NCBI RefSeq assembly: GCF_001194135.2
Contig: NC_068983.1
Span: 141,768,920-141,832,919, forward strand
Length of the DNA stretch: 64,000 nucleotides
Source: Octopus bimaculoides
Lineage: Eukaryota
Direction: 5' to 3'
Position 1 is the stretch's first letter. Every line of letters begins with the position of its first letter. Under the pieces are notes generated by a model. That model ran no database searches and had not been told where the DNA came from. It saw only the letters and a list, made by a program, of their open reading frames with translations. Made by a program: the position numbers and the translations under genes. Shown in pieces: positions 39,713 to 53,393 of this stretch.

Positions 39713-39861
39713 GTGACATCCGGAAGTATTGCTGCATCACGTCTAGATGCCGGTGATGTGATTCTTAAGATTGGCACCGCTAATGCTTCTAATTTGTCAC
39801 ACGGCGAAAGTCAAGACCTTATAAGGGCATGCGGAAACAATTTGCAATTGACTATAAAGAA
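39713..39861 (+). CDS. Internal exon of a PDZ-domain protein (Zasp/PDLIM/Enigma-like PDZ, C-terminal part)
   Basis: Polypyrimidine tract plus CAG acceptor and GTAAGT donor at 39862. 149 nt, phase 0->2. Encodes VTSGSIAASRLDAGDVILKIGTANASNLSHGESQDLIRACGNNLQLTIK(K), the typical PDZ alphaA-betaD-alphaB-betaF pattern (GS.A....L..GDVIL.I.....H......I...G..L.L). Confidence 0.9.
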
Positions 39862-40416
39862 GTAAGTTTGTTTTGTAATTTAGATATTATGTAATATACG
39901 TTTCCTCTGTGAGGATGAGGATTTCGGGTATTTCGCTCATGAGAAGATACAGTTTGCCAAAGACTGATGCTTCTCAGTGAATTCTTTTGCACTTGGTAAT
40001 TTTCTCTTCTTTGAATCAACTCGCTACACAAGCCTTTCCATTTCCTGTTACCAGTTCCCAGACAACATACTGGACACTTTCCTTTCCCCTTACCCAGAAC
40101 GGCACGATTTTTAAAATTTACGTTTCCTTTTCCAATGTCTCGTCTGCACTAATTCAAATTAAAGAACAGACAGTACTGACCTTACACGATATGCAATTAT
40201 TCTTATCCCCCATTCTAGAAAAACACTGTACGAAAATTTGTTCTTTTAAAGATGCTAGAATTTTATGTCGAGTTTTAGGCACTGATATAGCTATGTGTAG
40301 TTTCGGAAGCACGTGGCTACGATTTCGATCCTGTTGCGCGGCTTCGAGCTAACTTATATTTTATAAATAGAATTTTGTGGATGAAAACTGCACTAAATTC
40401 GTTGTGCGCATGTGGC

Positions 40417-40487
<71 letters not shown>

Positions 40488-40602
40488 CACATACACATAC
40501 ATGCATATATTGAGACAGAGTACTGCGTTATATAAATCAACAAGCAGTGAGAGAACTCGGTTTAGATAAAGAGTGAAATATTTTTATATAATAATTTCAA
40601 AT

Positions 40603-40783
40603 TTTGGTATAAGGTCAGCAATTTAAGGGGGGGGGGGATAAGTCGATCACATCGACCCAGTGTTCAACTGGTATTTATTTTATCGAACCTGAAAGGATGA
40701 AAGGCAAAGTCGACTCTGCCGCAATTTGAACACAGAACGTAAGGATGCCCGGCATACTAATGATTCTGCCAACTCGCCGCCTT
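40603..40783 (-). mobile_element. SINE family A
   Basis: Reverse complement of the head and central domain. Confidence 0.8.
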
Positions 40784-41019
40784 ACAAATATCTCTATATA
40801 ATAATAGCTGATATTGGTTGGTTAATTCGTTAATTCTCCAGTCATACTTTTCTTATAGAGAGAGGAAAAGAGGGAGTAAACGAGAGATACAAGGAGGGAT
40901 AACACAAAAAGTTAAAGTCAATAGAGGAAGGTTGAAATTGGCAAGGAGTAGCAGAGTAATGGTAACATGATAAAAACCACGTAGTCGATAGACGACGCAT
41001 ACTTGGTGCACACTTACAC

Positions 41020-41050
<31 letters not shown>

Positions 41051-41569
41051 TAACTACGGTTCAACTACTTGACAAGCAATAGTTAGGCGGTGGTAAAGAA
41101 GCAATGGGTTTACAGAGTCACATATGTGTGTATATGTATGTATGTTTATGTAAATATATAATATTTAATACTAAGAGTAACTGTTTACCTATGGTGATAA
41201 AGATATACTTCCAAATTAACCACTATTATGACAGGCGACATTCTAGTTTGTAATACTTAATGCGATCCACCCAAAAATAAGTGTCGTATTGTGACGCACA
41301 CAGCCTATAAGTAGGACTTACTTCTTACATGAAACCAATGAAAGCACTCGTATCTACGGGTCCCTTCTAAACCGTTAATTCCTTTTGTATCCTGTATTCT
41401 CTTTGGTTATCTGTTTATGAAATCATGTTATCCTAATCTTTCTCTTTAACCTAACCCTCTGCATGTTACTGATGGTGGTTCCCATCAACTCCCGCTTAAC
41501 TAATTCGGTGATCCGGCCCCTGAAATCTTCCATCGCCACAAAAGATGCGTTTAGCTTCCAGCAACCAAG

Positions 41570-42050
41570 CTCATGTATATTTATTTTAAGTTGCCTATAC
41601 AGGTCGCGGGTTTGAGGTCAAAGTAATCAACTGTCAGAAATTGTGACAACTTAAGTAATCCTGTCTGTTAACCTAGCGAAAATTCTATCTAAATATGACC
41701 TGGATGACCTGCTGCGATTAGACGAGGTTCACATTAGCGCATTCGGGAAATCAAGGTGAAGTCTGTCAGACAGAAGTGTCTGAGGTTTGCAAAATTTTTG
41801 CATCTCACTTTATCGGCTACACTCACAAAGTTCTTGTGTGCGTCCAAAATGCCATTCCATTCGCCTAATAACATTAATGAGCGAGATATTCCCAGGAATT
41901 TCTCTTGGGGTCTTAAGAAATATGGTCTACTTGCTCCAATTTGGGTGCAAACGAACACTAATTTGATGAGCCCAGTTTCCTTTGCTGATGCTCACGCCCA
42001 GAACCACCGATTTACCATTCGAGTCTAGGAAAACCCTATTCACCTTCAGT
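41570..42050 (-). mobile_element. Degenerate Tx1/L1 apurinic-endonuclease domain fragment
   Basis: Minus strand reads VNRVFLDSNGKSVVL.. then FLGISRSLMLLGEWNGILD (the GD[WF]N motif). Frameshifted. Confidence 0.7.
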
Positions 42051-42402
42051 GTTGCTATTAGAGTGGTGGTGTGGCTGAAGTAATAGAGTACCAGTAGAAA
42101 TGCATGGTAATATTTTGTTACGACACTTTAAGATCTGAGATACTTTCACTTTTGAACCTCCGGGATTGTTGCTAAAATACATACCAGCGAAGTGTACTGG
42201 TTCGATTAAATCGACTTGTTTCGTTTCTTAAAAGGTGCGCTTTTTTGCCAAAGCTAGAAATGGTTATTATTGTTTTTGAATAATGTTATATAGTTTTGAA
42301 ACGAAAGATTTAACGAAAGGAAAATTCTTCTGTGGCAGGTTGATTGTTGATAGCTATGTTTGGCATTTCAATACACACTACGTCATCTAAATGAAAGGGA
42401 AA

Positions 42403-42620
42403 CATTCTTTTCTATTCTAGACACAAGGCCCGAAATTTTGGGGGAGGGGATTGTCGATTAGATCAACTGGTACTTAATTTATCTGGTACTTAATTTATCG
42501 ACCCAGAAAGGATGAAAGACAAAGCCGACCTCGGCGGAATTTGAACTCACAATGTAGAGACAGACGAAATACCTCTAAGCATTTCGCCCGGTGTGCTAAC
42601 GTTTCGGCCAGCTCGCCGCC
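42403..42620 (-). mobile_element. SINE family A
   Basis: Reverse complement of the head, central domain and tail. Confidence 0.85.
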
Positions 42621-43877
42621 TGAATGAAAGGGAAATATCAGCATCATTTTACTAGTAAATGCCAGATTGGTTGCGTTAACTCTTACAACAGAGGTTAGGA
42701 CCGTACAGCAACACACAAACAACATCTATATACCACAGCTGACATGAAGGAAGATGGTCGTGCGAATAAAGTATTAGACATTTTGTTTTTGTAGGTTTCA
42801 AGTTCAAATCCACTGAAAGCATTTCCGATAATCCAAGCTTATTAATCTACTGTCTAATTCATTGCCTTTAAGTAACTCTCCAACATACTCTATCTTCTGA
42901 TCCGTAGATGTTTTGTACTTTGTGTGTATGTGTGAGGGAGAGAGAGGGGGGAGGGGAAGAGAGAATGAGTATGTACGCGCGCACTCCTTTTCTGCTGCTA
43001 CAACAGATGGCTTAACATTACGTCCACTCCCTACCTACTCCGCTGTGTCAGACTAACCACCAGGACCAGTTCTTTGTTCCCCGGAAAGTCTGTCCTCTGG
43101 AAATCTCTCCTTCCCTATAATTTTTCAGGAACCGTTAATGTGCAACACAAGATGAATATTAACCACATTGATCTCACTGATTTCGGAGTGCCTACAAAGG
43201 CCAAAGCACTAGTTTCCAGAACTTCTAGAAAAGATACCTGAAGTAGACAGTTATTTTCTTTCTAGTAGGATGAGGGAATTCATCTCTCATCCTTTAATAC
43301 AGCGCTATTTTACAAACTAACTCGGCATGTCAGAAATAGCTACAAAATGTCCGTCAGATTTCACTCTGTTATCTTAGTAAATAAGAGACTCATTAGATAA
43401 TGCATTCCTAAATTCGAGAGAATGATGGGATAGCCACTACAGGAAAGCCTTTGATCATGAACCTGCTCATCTGGATTGGCCTGAGGCTATATAACATCTA
43501 AATAAGTTGGAATTAAGTCTGGCCTTATCGGTCTCTAATATATATGCATATTAATCCCTACTGGACTAACATATATGATCCATTCTTTTGTATCCTATTG
43601 TGGAGCTTCGATGTGTCACTCTTGCCTTTATCTATTGGCTCATTGCTGAATAGCGAAGACACGTGATGTATATATCTTATTTATATCGCAGTTATTTGAA
43701 CATCTGATTTTTCTAAGATTAAGCTGTTTGTCTCATAGTCTATCTAACCATATTGTGCCGTGGTTAAAATCTTTCTCTTCGAAAATAATTTCATTACTTT
43801 TCAAAGTGAAATATTCGTATTTTCTGCTGCTTGCTTTTCTCTGTAATTATTTTCTTTGTACTATTCTTCAACTAAAT

Positions 43878-44480
43878 CGTGAGCTTGCAGAGCTTGCACG
43901 CCAGACAAAATGCTTAGTTGCATTTCGTCTGTCTTCACATTCTCAGTTCGAATTCCTCCGAAGTTGACTTTTCTGTTCATCCATTTCGGGGTCGATAATG
44001 TTAGTACCAGTTGAACATTGGGGTCGATGTAATTGACAAGCCCTTCATCCAAAATTTCAAGCTTTGTACCTATAGCAGAAAGGATTACTTTTCGATCAGC
44101 TAAGGAAGATGGAATGGTGGAATCGCTAGAGCGGCAGACAAAATCTTTTACAATATTAATTCCGACATTTTTCATTCTGAGTTCAAATTTCGCTGAGGTC
44201 AATTCTGTCTTTCTTCTCTCCGGGTTTCATAAAATAAAGTACCAGTCAAGTACTAATATCGATAGCATTGACTAATCTCGTCCCCTCAAAATTAGAAACA
44301 ATTATTAAGTGAAGAAACATAACGTGCTGGCAAACTCGTTAGAGCGTCCGAAAAGATGCTTTACGATATTTCTTCTGGTTCTTTACGTTCTCACGAGAGT
44401 CAACTATCATCCGTCTGGGGGTCGTTAAAATAAAGTACGATTCAAGTTGTCCAGCTCTCTTCTCCTAAAATTGCTGATTT
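43878..44480 (+). mobile_element. Chain of about three older family A SINE copies
   Basis: Repeated degenerate head plus TTTCATCC.TT.GGGGTCGAT(A)AAA.AAGTACC modules at ~43880, ~44110 and ~44320. Confidence 0.7.
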
Positions 44481-44616
44481 TATGCCTAAACCAGACACGG
44501 GTAAGCTGGTGGAATCATTAGAGTTCGAAGAGAGATAAATTTACCAGAGATAAATTTACTAGTTATAATTCACCTGGGTATTTATTGTATAAGAGTTACA
44601 TTAATGCTAGTCAATA

Positions 44617-44653
<37 letters not shown>

Positions 44654-45227
44654 ATTCAGATATACGCTGGTTCATGTGTCTACAATAGGCAATAGGTGTT
44701 CTGTCCCTACGTCATAAATTATAATCTATATCAATGTTACAAACTTCGTATTGGGTTCGGTCGGAACAGTCTTTATCTACACAGTTGTAGATCAGAGAAA
44801 ATCGTAGCATTTTTCTCGCAGTTTATTTCACGTCATTTGTTTATATTTATCGCTTCCATCCTACGGAATATAGCTGGCCAAAGCTATTCATCATCAGCGT
44901 TAGCGTCAGCTGTTATTTATAAACTATTTATAGCATTTCTGATCGTTTTCTCATGTTAAAGAATATTTTGTTTGTGTAGTTTGTTTGGAATGTGCTATTT
45001 TAAAGAAATCCTTCTCTGTTGTGTCCCAGATCAGCCTTGATTGAGGAGACGTTCCAGCCAGGACCATCTCGTCTTTTACATAGATATTGTGTAGACCTAA
45101 AGGTTGATTATACAATGAGTTGGTGTAAGATATGATGGAGTGACTGTATAGATTTCCAACTCCCAATTGGTTTGTACAATCTAATGTACTTTATGTAGGA
45201 GATAAAGTACTGATTATATACTGAGGA

Positions 45228-45603
45228 GTGGAGGCGCAATAGCCCAGTGGTTAGGGCAGCGGCATCGCGGTTTCGATTCCCAGACCGGGCGTTGTGATTG
45301 TTTATTGAGCGAAAACACCTAAAGCTCCACGAGGCTCCGGCAGGGGATGGTGGCGAACCCTGCTGTACTCTTCCACCACAACTTTCTCTCACTCTTTCTT
45401 CCTGTTTCTGTTGTACCTGTATTTCAAAGGGCCAGCCTTGTCACACTGTGTCATGCTGAATATCCCCGAGAACTACGTTAAGGGTACACGTGTCTGTGGA
45501 GTGCTCAGCCACTTGCACGTTAATTTCACGAGCAGGCTGTTCCGTTGATCTGATCAACTGGAACCCTCGACGTCGTAAGCGACGGAGTGCCAACAACAAC
45601 AAC
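45228..45603 (+). mobile_element. SINE family C, full length with a 12-bp TSD
   Basis: tRNA-like head (GGCGCAATAGCCCAGTGGTTAGG...GGTTTCGATTCCC) and (CAA)n tail. TSD ATATACTGAGGA at 45216-45227 and 45604-45615. Confidence 0.9.
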
Positions 45604-46615
45604 ATATACTGAGGATTTTAATAACTATTTAAATCACAATTGCATTAATTAAAATAAGATTTCTTTGTCACAATTTTTGTCACTTTGAAATTTTTACAGA
45701 AGCTATCTTAACTGAAATGACGTTCTGCATGTACAGGAATAAAATGCGATCTTGAATATAATGCAGCCCCTCCTTCATCTTTTCTTTATTTAAAACTTAG
45801 TAATATATTTTTAATGTAGTCTCAAATATACAAACACTTCGGATAGTGAAAGTTGAAACCCCCTTGATCATAGATCTATTCGATTAGGGATAGAACAGAG
45901 CTAAGCAACAACAATACGAAAATCAACAACTGATCCGAGCTGGATTATTTTCTGGTCTTAAAGAAAATACCTTGTCTGTGAAGATGCCATGGGAAATCAT
46001 CTAAGCTTGCAAAATTTTGTGTCTGTAGCGTCGTTAAGTCTATTTACTTGGATTTTGGTTCATGTGCAATATTAAATGGTTTCCTTTTGGTGTGTATGTA
46101 TGTAACGATTGTTTTTCTGTTATTGAAGGAAACTAAGTTATCATGTTACCATTGAAGGTTGTTTTGCCTCGGGTTATCACTACCTATGGCAGACCAGTGA
46201 TCAAAAGCGTTCCAGCTGCGACCTTTCCGTCCTTCTCTCGATTATTGCGCATCCAAGTCTACATTACATGCCTTGTACGTTTTTAAGACGATAGAGTATA
46301 TCTTGAGAGGAATTCGGCTGCTATTTTCACCAGGTCGAGCTACCACATAGACGCCCGCGGGCTGGTTGGCTAATGAATGCCCTACTCCCAGAATCAGTGC
46401 ATGCGTACCCGAAGTATTTTGGTTGCATACGTATGACGCATAGGTGCAAAAGTTTGAGTTTTCCTAGATCACATTTCCTGAGAATAGAGAATGAATGAAG
46501 TAGGAAAAGATGCTTTAAAATTAGATACACGTTTTAAGTTAGGGGAGAATGTGTGTGTGTGTGTGTGTACTTGCGTGTGCGCGCGCTCACACATACACGC
46601 ACAACAGAGAATAGG

Positions 46616-46651
<36 letters not shown>

Positions 46652-47103
46652 CAGACAGACACACACACACACACACACACACACAGACGGACGGACGGAC
46701 AGACAGACAGAGACAGATAGATAAACAAACCTTTTGGCAACGAGTCGCACCTCCCGGTGTACCTTTTTGATGCTGTATATATGCGTGCGTATGTATATAT
46801 GTATGTGTGCATGTATGTATGTATGTGTGCATGTATGCATGTATGTATGTATGTATGCATGTATGTATGTAAAATAGCTGTAAATATATATATATTATTT
46901 GAAATAACATTTTTCATATTATAAAATGCTTATGTTCTATTCAGAGAAATTAGGGAGTTAAAGGGAGACGAGGGTGAACGATAATAAACTGAACAAAATT
47001 AGTCTGAGAATCAGTGTGGTGTGGTGTGGTGTGGATGTGTGTGTGTGTGTGTGTGTTACAGTTTGAAGGAACGGAGTAACACTAACAAAACAGAAGCAAA
47101 AGA

Positions 47104-47164
<61 letters not shown>

Positions 47165-47237
47165 TATTTGAAATGCAGTGGCATCAGTTACTGTAGTATC
47201 AACAGCAGTAATAATTCTACCGCAGGTACGATGGTGT

Positions 47238-47292
<55 letters not shown>

Positions 47293-47536
47293 GAGTACAA
47301 ACAGGAAGGTGTGAATGGTAGGTAAGATGATAAAAACGGATGGACGGCCGACGAGCGAGTGATAACGTTGCGCTGCGAGCTTTAACTGTGAGATGTGATA
47401 AACAGCTTTGGCTGAAGTTATTTCTGTCAGTAACATCTGGTGAGGCAGCCGGCACCTCGCTTATACCACTTTTTCAAAGTAGGAGCGTAAGTGCTATCGT
47501 TGATTATGACGACGACGACGATGACGACGTTGGTGT

Positions 47537-47573
<37 letters not shown>

Positions 47574-47645
47574 CGATGTAATTGCTATCACTATCATCAT
47601 TATCATTGTTGAATAATCGATATCATCGTCTTAAATGTGGCCAGT

Positions 47646-47769
47646 CGGGCCGACCAAAGCCTCTCGGGTCGACCAAAGCCTCTTGGGCCGACCAAAGCCT
47701 CTTGGGCTGACCAAAGCCTTGTGAGTGGATTTGGTAGACGGAAACTGAAAGAAGCCCGTCGTATATATG

Positions 47770-47806
<37 letters not shown>

Positions 47807-48008
47807 TTGTGTATCTGTGTTTGTCCCCCCAACTTCGCTTGACAACCGATGCTGGTGTGTTTACGTCCCCGTAACTTAGCGGTTCGGCAAAAAGAGACCG
47901 ATAGAATAAGTACTAGGCTTACAAAGAATAAGTCTTGGGGTCGATTTGCTCGACTAAAGGCGGTGCCCCAGCATGGCCGCAGTCAAATGACTGAAACAAG
48001 TAAAAGTG
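47646..48008 (+). mobile_element. 5'-truncated family B SINE beginning with four tandem 19-nt units
   Basis: (C/T)GGG(C/T)(C/T)GACCAAAGCCTCT x4 at 47646-47720, then the standard family B body. Confidence 0.85.
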
Positions 48009-48294
48009 TAAAGGAATTCTTTCGCGCGCGCGTGTGTGTGTGTATGTGTAATTCGTGAAAAGGGAACAGATGACGAGTTTTGATTTTAACAAACGCCTCC
48101 ACCATTTATCTGCTCGTCATGTCTGGTCATCCTTATGTTTCCTATAATTACCGTATATGCCAATGTACAACGTGAATCGTGTGTAAGCTGACTGCAAGAA
48201 CATTCTCAAAATGTTTGTTTTGTGCTAAAGTCACCATATCAGTCAACAACTACGTTTACACTCATCATTAAGAATATTTTAAAGATACATTTTA

Positions 48295-48615
48295 ACTGGC
48301 ACTCCGTCAGTTACGACGATGAGTGTTCCAGCTGATCTGATCAACGGAACAGCCAGCTCGTGAAATTATTGTGCAAGTGGCTGAGCACTCCACAGACGCG
48401 CGTACTCTTTACGTACTTCTCAAAGAGATTCAGAGTGAAACAGAATGTGACAAGGCTGGCCCTTTAAAATACAGGTACATCTCATTTTTGCCAGATGAGT
48501 GGACTGGAGCAACGTGAAATAAAGTGTCTTGTTCAAGGACACAACGCGCTTCCAAGAATCGAACTCACGAAATTGATATGATCGTGAGGTGAATACCCCT
48601 AACCACTAAGCCACA
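48295..48615 (-). mobile_element. Chimeric SINE: head/body of the 8415 type with the 3' half of family C
   Basis: Reverse complement has CGCGTTGTGTCCTTGAACAAGACACTTTATTTCACGTTGCTCCAG, followed by GTACCTGTATTTTAAAGGGCCAGCCTTGTCAC...GACGGAGTGCC. Confidence 0.8.
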
Positions 48616-49534
48616 TACTTTCACTACATTTTTTAACTCAATATAAGGAATGGAATCCTGACAGACATTTCCTTTTCAAAAGCTAAACCCTATCATAAAA
48701 GTTCATCATTAAATTTGGTGATTATGTTTATTGTACCTGTTTTCATATTCATTTAGATAATTCAGATTTAAGATCTCCCTCATTAAATGACCTCTTATTT
48801 TGGTTAAACAAATGCATTGCTTCAAATATTATCTTGTATGCCTATATATTCAGCAATTATTGATTTCTTTTGTCTTTGGGTAGGCGTGGTTTGCGTTTAG
48901 GCAAGGTACCTAGGGAAAGTCACTAGAATTGATTTGTAATGGCATGATTCGAACTAGAAATATTCGAAAATGTATGATATGATGTGCTGTGATATGAAAC
49001 AGATAATTCTAGGTCTCCTGTCTTGTTATAAGCTCCATATCTTGATGCACTGTTTCTTATTATAGCAATGTATGAGTTGTAGGCTTCCTTTTTTTCCGGC
49101 AGCAGCTTCAGAGCTCTGCAAAGGATATAGATCTCCCACATATCTATCGCATCACATAGAAGAGTTGTAATCATGGAGTTGAAAAGTTGCCGGCTTATCG
49201 GCTACAGAGTTGTTAATTTCTATTCCTACAATAGCACGCTGTACCTGTGTACAGAAATTCAGAAAATTAAGGTTCGATCTGGTGTTAAACAACTACAACA
49301 AATATTTCTTATCACATAGATAAGTCGCAATTATAGAGTTGAAAAGATGTCGATTTATCGGCTAAAGAGTTGTGAAGTCATATTCTAATAATAACTCAAT
49401 GTATTTATTCGAAGAAATTCAGAGAATTAGAGTTCGATTCGTTGTGATTTACGACAAACTGAACCTTAACTTTTGTTATCTGCTGAAAAATATCTATGCT
49501 TTGACTATATTCTGTTTTGCTTTCTCTTTGCAAG

Positions 49535-50753
49535 GGGAGGTGCCGAGGTGTTTTCACCGGTCACCAGTCCTCCGAGTTACGACCAGACTCCAGTTTATCC
49601 GGTATATAAGAATCCACCTCCGCGTCCAACTCAGCAAACTATGTCACCTTCCATTGCACCACAACAACAACAGTCGATGTACAACAATAACATCAGTAAC
49701 CAATACCAATCTCCTTTCGATTATTCTTCTGGCTTTCGCTCAATTAGTGATCCTTCAACTCAACCCAACAGCTACGGATACATTTCACCCGTAACCCCAA
49801 CGCCGCGTCAGTACTACACAGAACCGACTGATTCCTACCATCACAGCCCTAATGTTTACACTGAAAGCCGACCCCAATACAGCGACATGAATTCAGTTAA
49901 CCAAAGAACGACAGACTACATGAACAATGATGTTCGTAACGAACCTTACTCTGTTGCTTCACAGTACAAACCATCACCTGCTTCTCCTATGTCGCCTCAC
50001 TATACCCAACCAAACGATTATGCTTCTTACAACAATCGTGTCGCCGAAGTGAAACCTAATATAGGGTATCAGTCGAGTGCTTTCACACCAACTTCGGCGG
50101 CGCAAAGTGCTTCCTATTTTACAGACAGTCATCCAAATCTCCAGAAATCACCGGTAACTAGTCCTGTTTACAATGCTCAAGCATTTGCTACAACTTCACC
50201 AACGTCTTATAGAGATCCTAGCAGAGATTTTGATGGTAGCTCAAGTCCAGTTCTCCAGAAACCTGTCTCAGCTGGTATATGTCAACTTAGGGAACGACCC
50301 GAAGAAAACCTGTATTGGGCGAAACCTGTCAGTATTACTAGTTCAGCTAAAACACCGGAATACGGTTCTTCACAAAGTCCAAATATCTACAGTGATATTC
50401 ACTCCCCAGATATAAGTCGCACGAAGTTTACTGCTCATCCAGAAGATGGATTTAGCCGAGGATATGCTTCTCCTACCATTATTCAGTGTGGAGAACTACA
50501 GTCACCAGTTCGTACTAATTCCTATGTCGAACCTTCGGAAGCTGGGTTTTATGAATGTCAACCGAAAGCTGTCGCTACAGTACACGAACCGAAGTCTCCG
50601 TCTCCTACCAGTCCAATTCATTCACCACTCCCACCTCCACCCCCAACACAAGTACCACCTCCTGTAGCAGCACCACCACCACCTCCACCACCACCTCCTC
50701 CACCACCACCTCCACCACCAATGATGGCACCTAATTGGAGGCCACCGAAAAAG
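49535..50753 (+). CDS. Large exon (1219 nt, 406 codons) of the same PDZ protein: Ser/Pro/Tyr-rich disordered region with PPSY and a 16-Pro run
   Basis: Lies in the 456-aa ORF 49473-50843. Acceptor TTTCTCTTTGCAAG; the first base G completes the AA left by the PDZ exon (phase 2 match). Donor AAG|GTATGT at 50754 is phase 0. No stops, and GC is higher than the flanks. Confidence 0.88.
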
Positions 50754-53296
50754 GTATGTAATTTTTTTGCTAATTACTTTATTATTGTTGTTGCTGTTGT
50801 GCAAATATGTTCCAGTTATCACTGTCCAGTCTTGTTTGTATAGCAGGGACTATATTGTCCATTTATGTTCTTTGTTTGTCTTAGGCGTGATTTGAGGGAC
50901 ATTTGGCTGCTATTACAAGCAAATCGTGTGACAAAATAAAAGTCCTTTCATTGGTTCGTCGTCGTTGTTGTGGTGGTAGTCAATGTTAGTACTGTTGATA
51001 GTTTTAAATCATGCGGTATCAGGTCTATAGAATCCTTCTTAGACAGATGGTGATGAACATCTATATTAGTTTCATTATAATCACTAAAATATATTCCTAT
51101 GTTGCAGCTTCATATAGGAAGACTAACTTGACATTAGTGTTAAATTTCTTTGAGTTCTACATGTTCTTTAGCAGCTAAATGATCGCTTTGTTTTGGTTAA
51201 ATCTAGCGTCTTCTCCGGCATTTGAGTCTTGGCCTAACTACTCTGTTTCAACTACCCTATGTCAGTTATAATTTGTTAATTTCACAATCAATTATACAGT
51301 CACCGTCCTCGTTGCAGTATGCGAAATATACTATCCCAATTGCACTGCGTCAAGTACACTCCCCCAATTGCAAGTGTCGATTACATTGCCTTTCTCTGTT
51401 TCTTCAACAACGTCTATGTCTCTTTGCTTTTCATTTACGCAATTCACTTCAGTGAAATTATCAGCCCTTTTCGATGTCTTTTTCTTCGACAATTAGGTTA
51501 GTGTCCCATAAAAATGTTAATTCTATCTATATGGACGTAGAGACTATCTGCGCCGAAGTGGACAAGAAACTAAAATTATAATTCAGAGTTTCAGGTGATG
51601 GGTTAGTCACATACGATGTAACATTGAGTCAAAGTAGTCCCTAATCTATAGTCTATGAGATAAGAGAAGAAAGCAGATAAGAAACACTTAATGCTGAAAT
51701 TATAGGAATGATAGAGTGGGTGTACGTGGAGCCAATGAAAAGAATTGTTCAGAAGAGAGAAATTTGGAAACTCTTTGGCAGTAGCTTGTGTCCCAGGTGA
51801 GGCAGTAATCAGCGAACAATTGGATTTACTGGTATTACTATATAGAATAATCCAGCTATACATCAAAATGAACAGACAGTACAACCAACAAAGAAGTTTC
51901 GATGCGACCAGCTACTTACTAGAAATAAGATTCAAGTCTCAAGAGAGGTTCCCACTTCTGTCTTTAAAATGAAGAACATATTCGATAGTGCGGCCTTGTC
52001 TGAGAAAAAAAACGGAGTAGTCACTGGCTGGTATACCTTTGATTATAGATCACCTGAGTTGACCTTGGGCTAAAGAAAAGACACCAACAAAGTTAGTTTC
52101 CATTACTATAAAACGACAGTGTCTGCCAATGTGTGCGTGAAAAGTCGTAACTAGTCGAGTAGATGAGATGACAAAGTTTCGATTTCCGTAATGACAAACA
52201 AATGAGAAATGAATTACTTTGTTTCGGCAACAGGAAACGAATCTATCTTCCCGGTCAAAAGAAAAAGCTTAGCATCTATTCTACACTGCTAGATGCACTG
52301 AGACTATATGCAATTACGCAGCTGTGCTCAGGGTTGAACCGAAGCTAAAAACAAACAGCAGCAACAACAGATTTATTTGAAAGTGAGTTGAAATTTAAAA
52401 AAGAGAAAAAAGAAAAGTCTGACTAGAAATTATATCTGAAGAGAATTCGTTGTTATAATAGCAATACGAGCTGCTTTTTGTGATAAGATTTTTATGATTA
52501 AGTTAGCTTTCATGTAGGCGAGGGGTTGGCAAAATCTTTAACAATTTGGACAAAATGTTTAGTGGTTTTGGCTTTCTGAGTTCAAATCCTCATCTCGGTT
52601 AGCTTAGCCTTTTATTCCTTTGGAGTCAATAATGTCAAGTACTGGAGTCAAACATTACTTGCCTTGAACCCTCCAACGGACCAGCATCCCGTTCAAAGAG
52701 CGTGTTGGGATCTCGGTCACATGTGCACCATGGAAGCCAAGTAACAAGGCCTTTGAGTCCTAGGGCCCAATTATTTATTTAATTATTTAAGTGTCATGTA
52801 ATGGTAGTAATTTTGTTGTTGCTGTTTTGACCCAGGTCCGCTCTAATTCAACTGCCAAATGACTGAAGGTGATCCAATCATGAATAGTCTTTTATTCATA
52901 CGCAATGTATCTAGGACTACATCATCCAAAGTGCCTCCTTTTTTCATTAAATTGTCCGGTTATGGATTTAAGAGAGGTTTAGCTGGTATTATCCCTCGCC
53001 ACTGTTGTTTAGGTTTATTATGGATGACCAGCAGTTGTCTTTGCAGGTTCGTCTCCTTTTCCACATCGTCTCCTTTTTCCACATCGATATTTTCGATATT
53101 TTCGATGAGAAAACGAATCCAATACAGCTTCACACCAATGACGTTGCTGATGTTGCCATTCGACCCTAATTATTCTACCAACTCCCTAACTATCCCACTA
53201 GACCGGTTTTTCTTCTCTTCATTTTTTTTTTTTATCAAACTCGAAAGGATGGATAGGAAGAGCATGTGTATGTGAGNNNNNNNNNNNNNNNNNNNG

Positions 53297-53340
<44 letters not shown>

Positions 53341-53345
53341 TGTGT

Positions 53346-53393
<48 letters not shown>

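Noticed and set aside
47646-47720. Short direct repeats as a CRISPR array
   Set aside because: No spacers, eukaryotic context, and the units are a SINE segment.
51300-51500. KYTIPIAL resembling a ZM motif, and a possible 44-nt exon at 51453-51496
   Set aside because: Lacks the conserved HxQYNSPxxLYS residues and a credible donor. The 44-nt candidate begins with TGA in the required phase.
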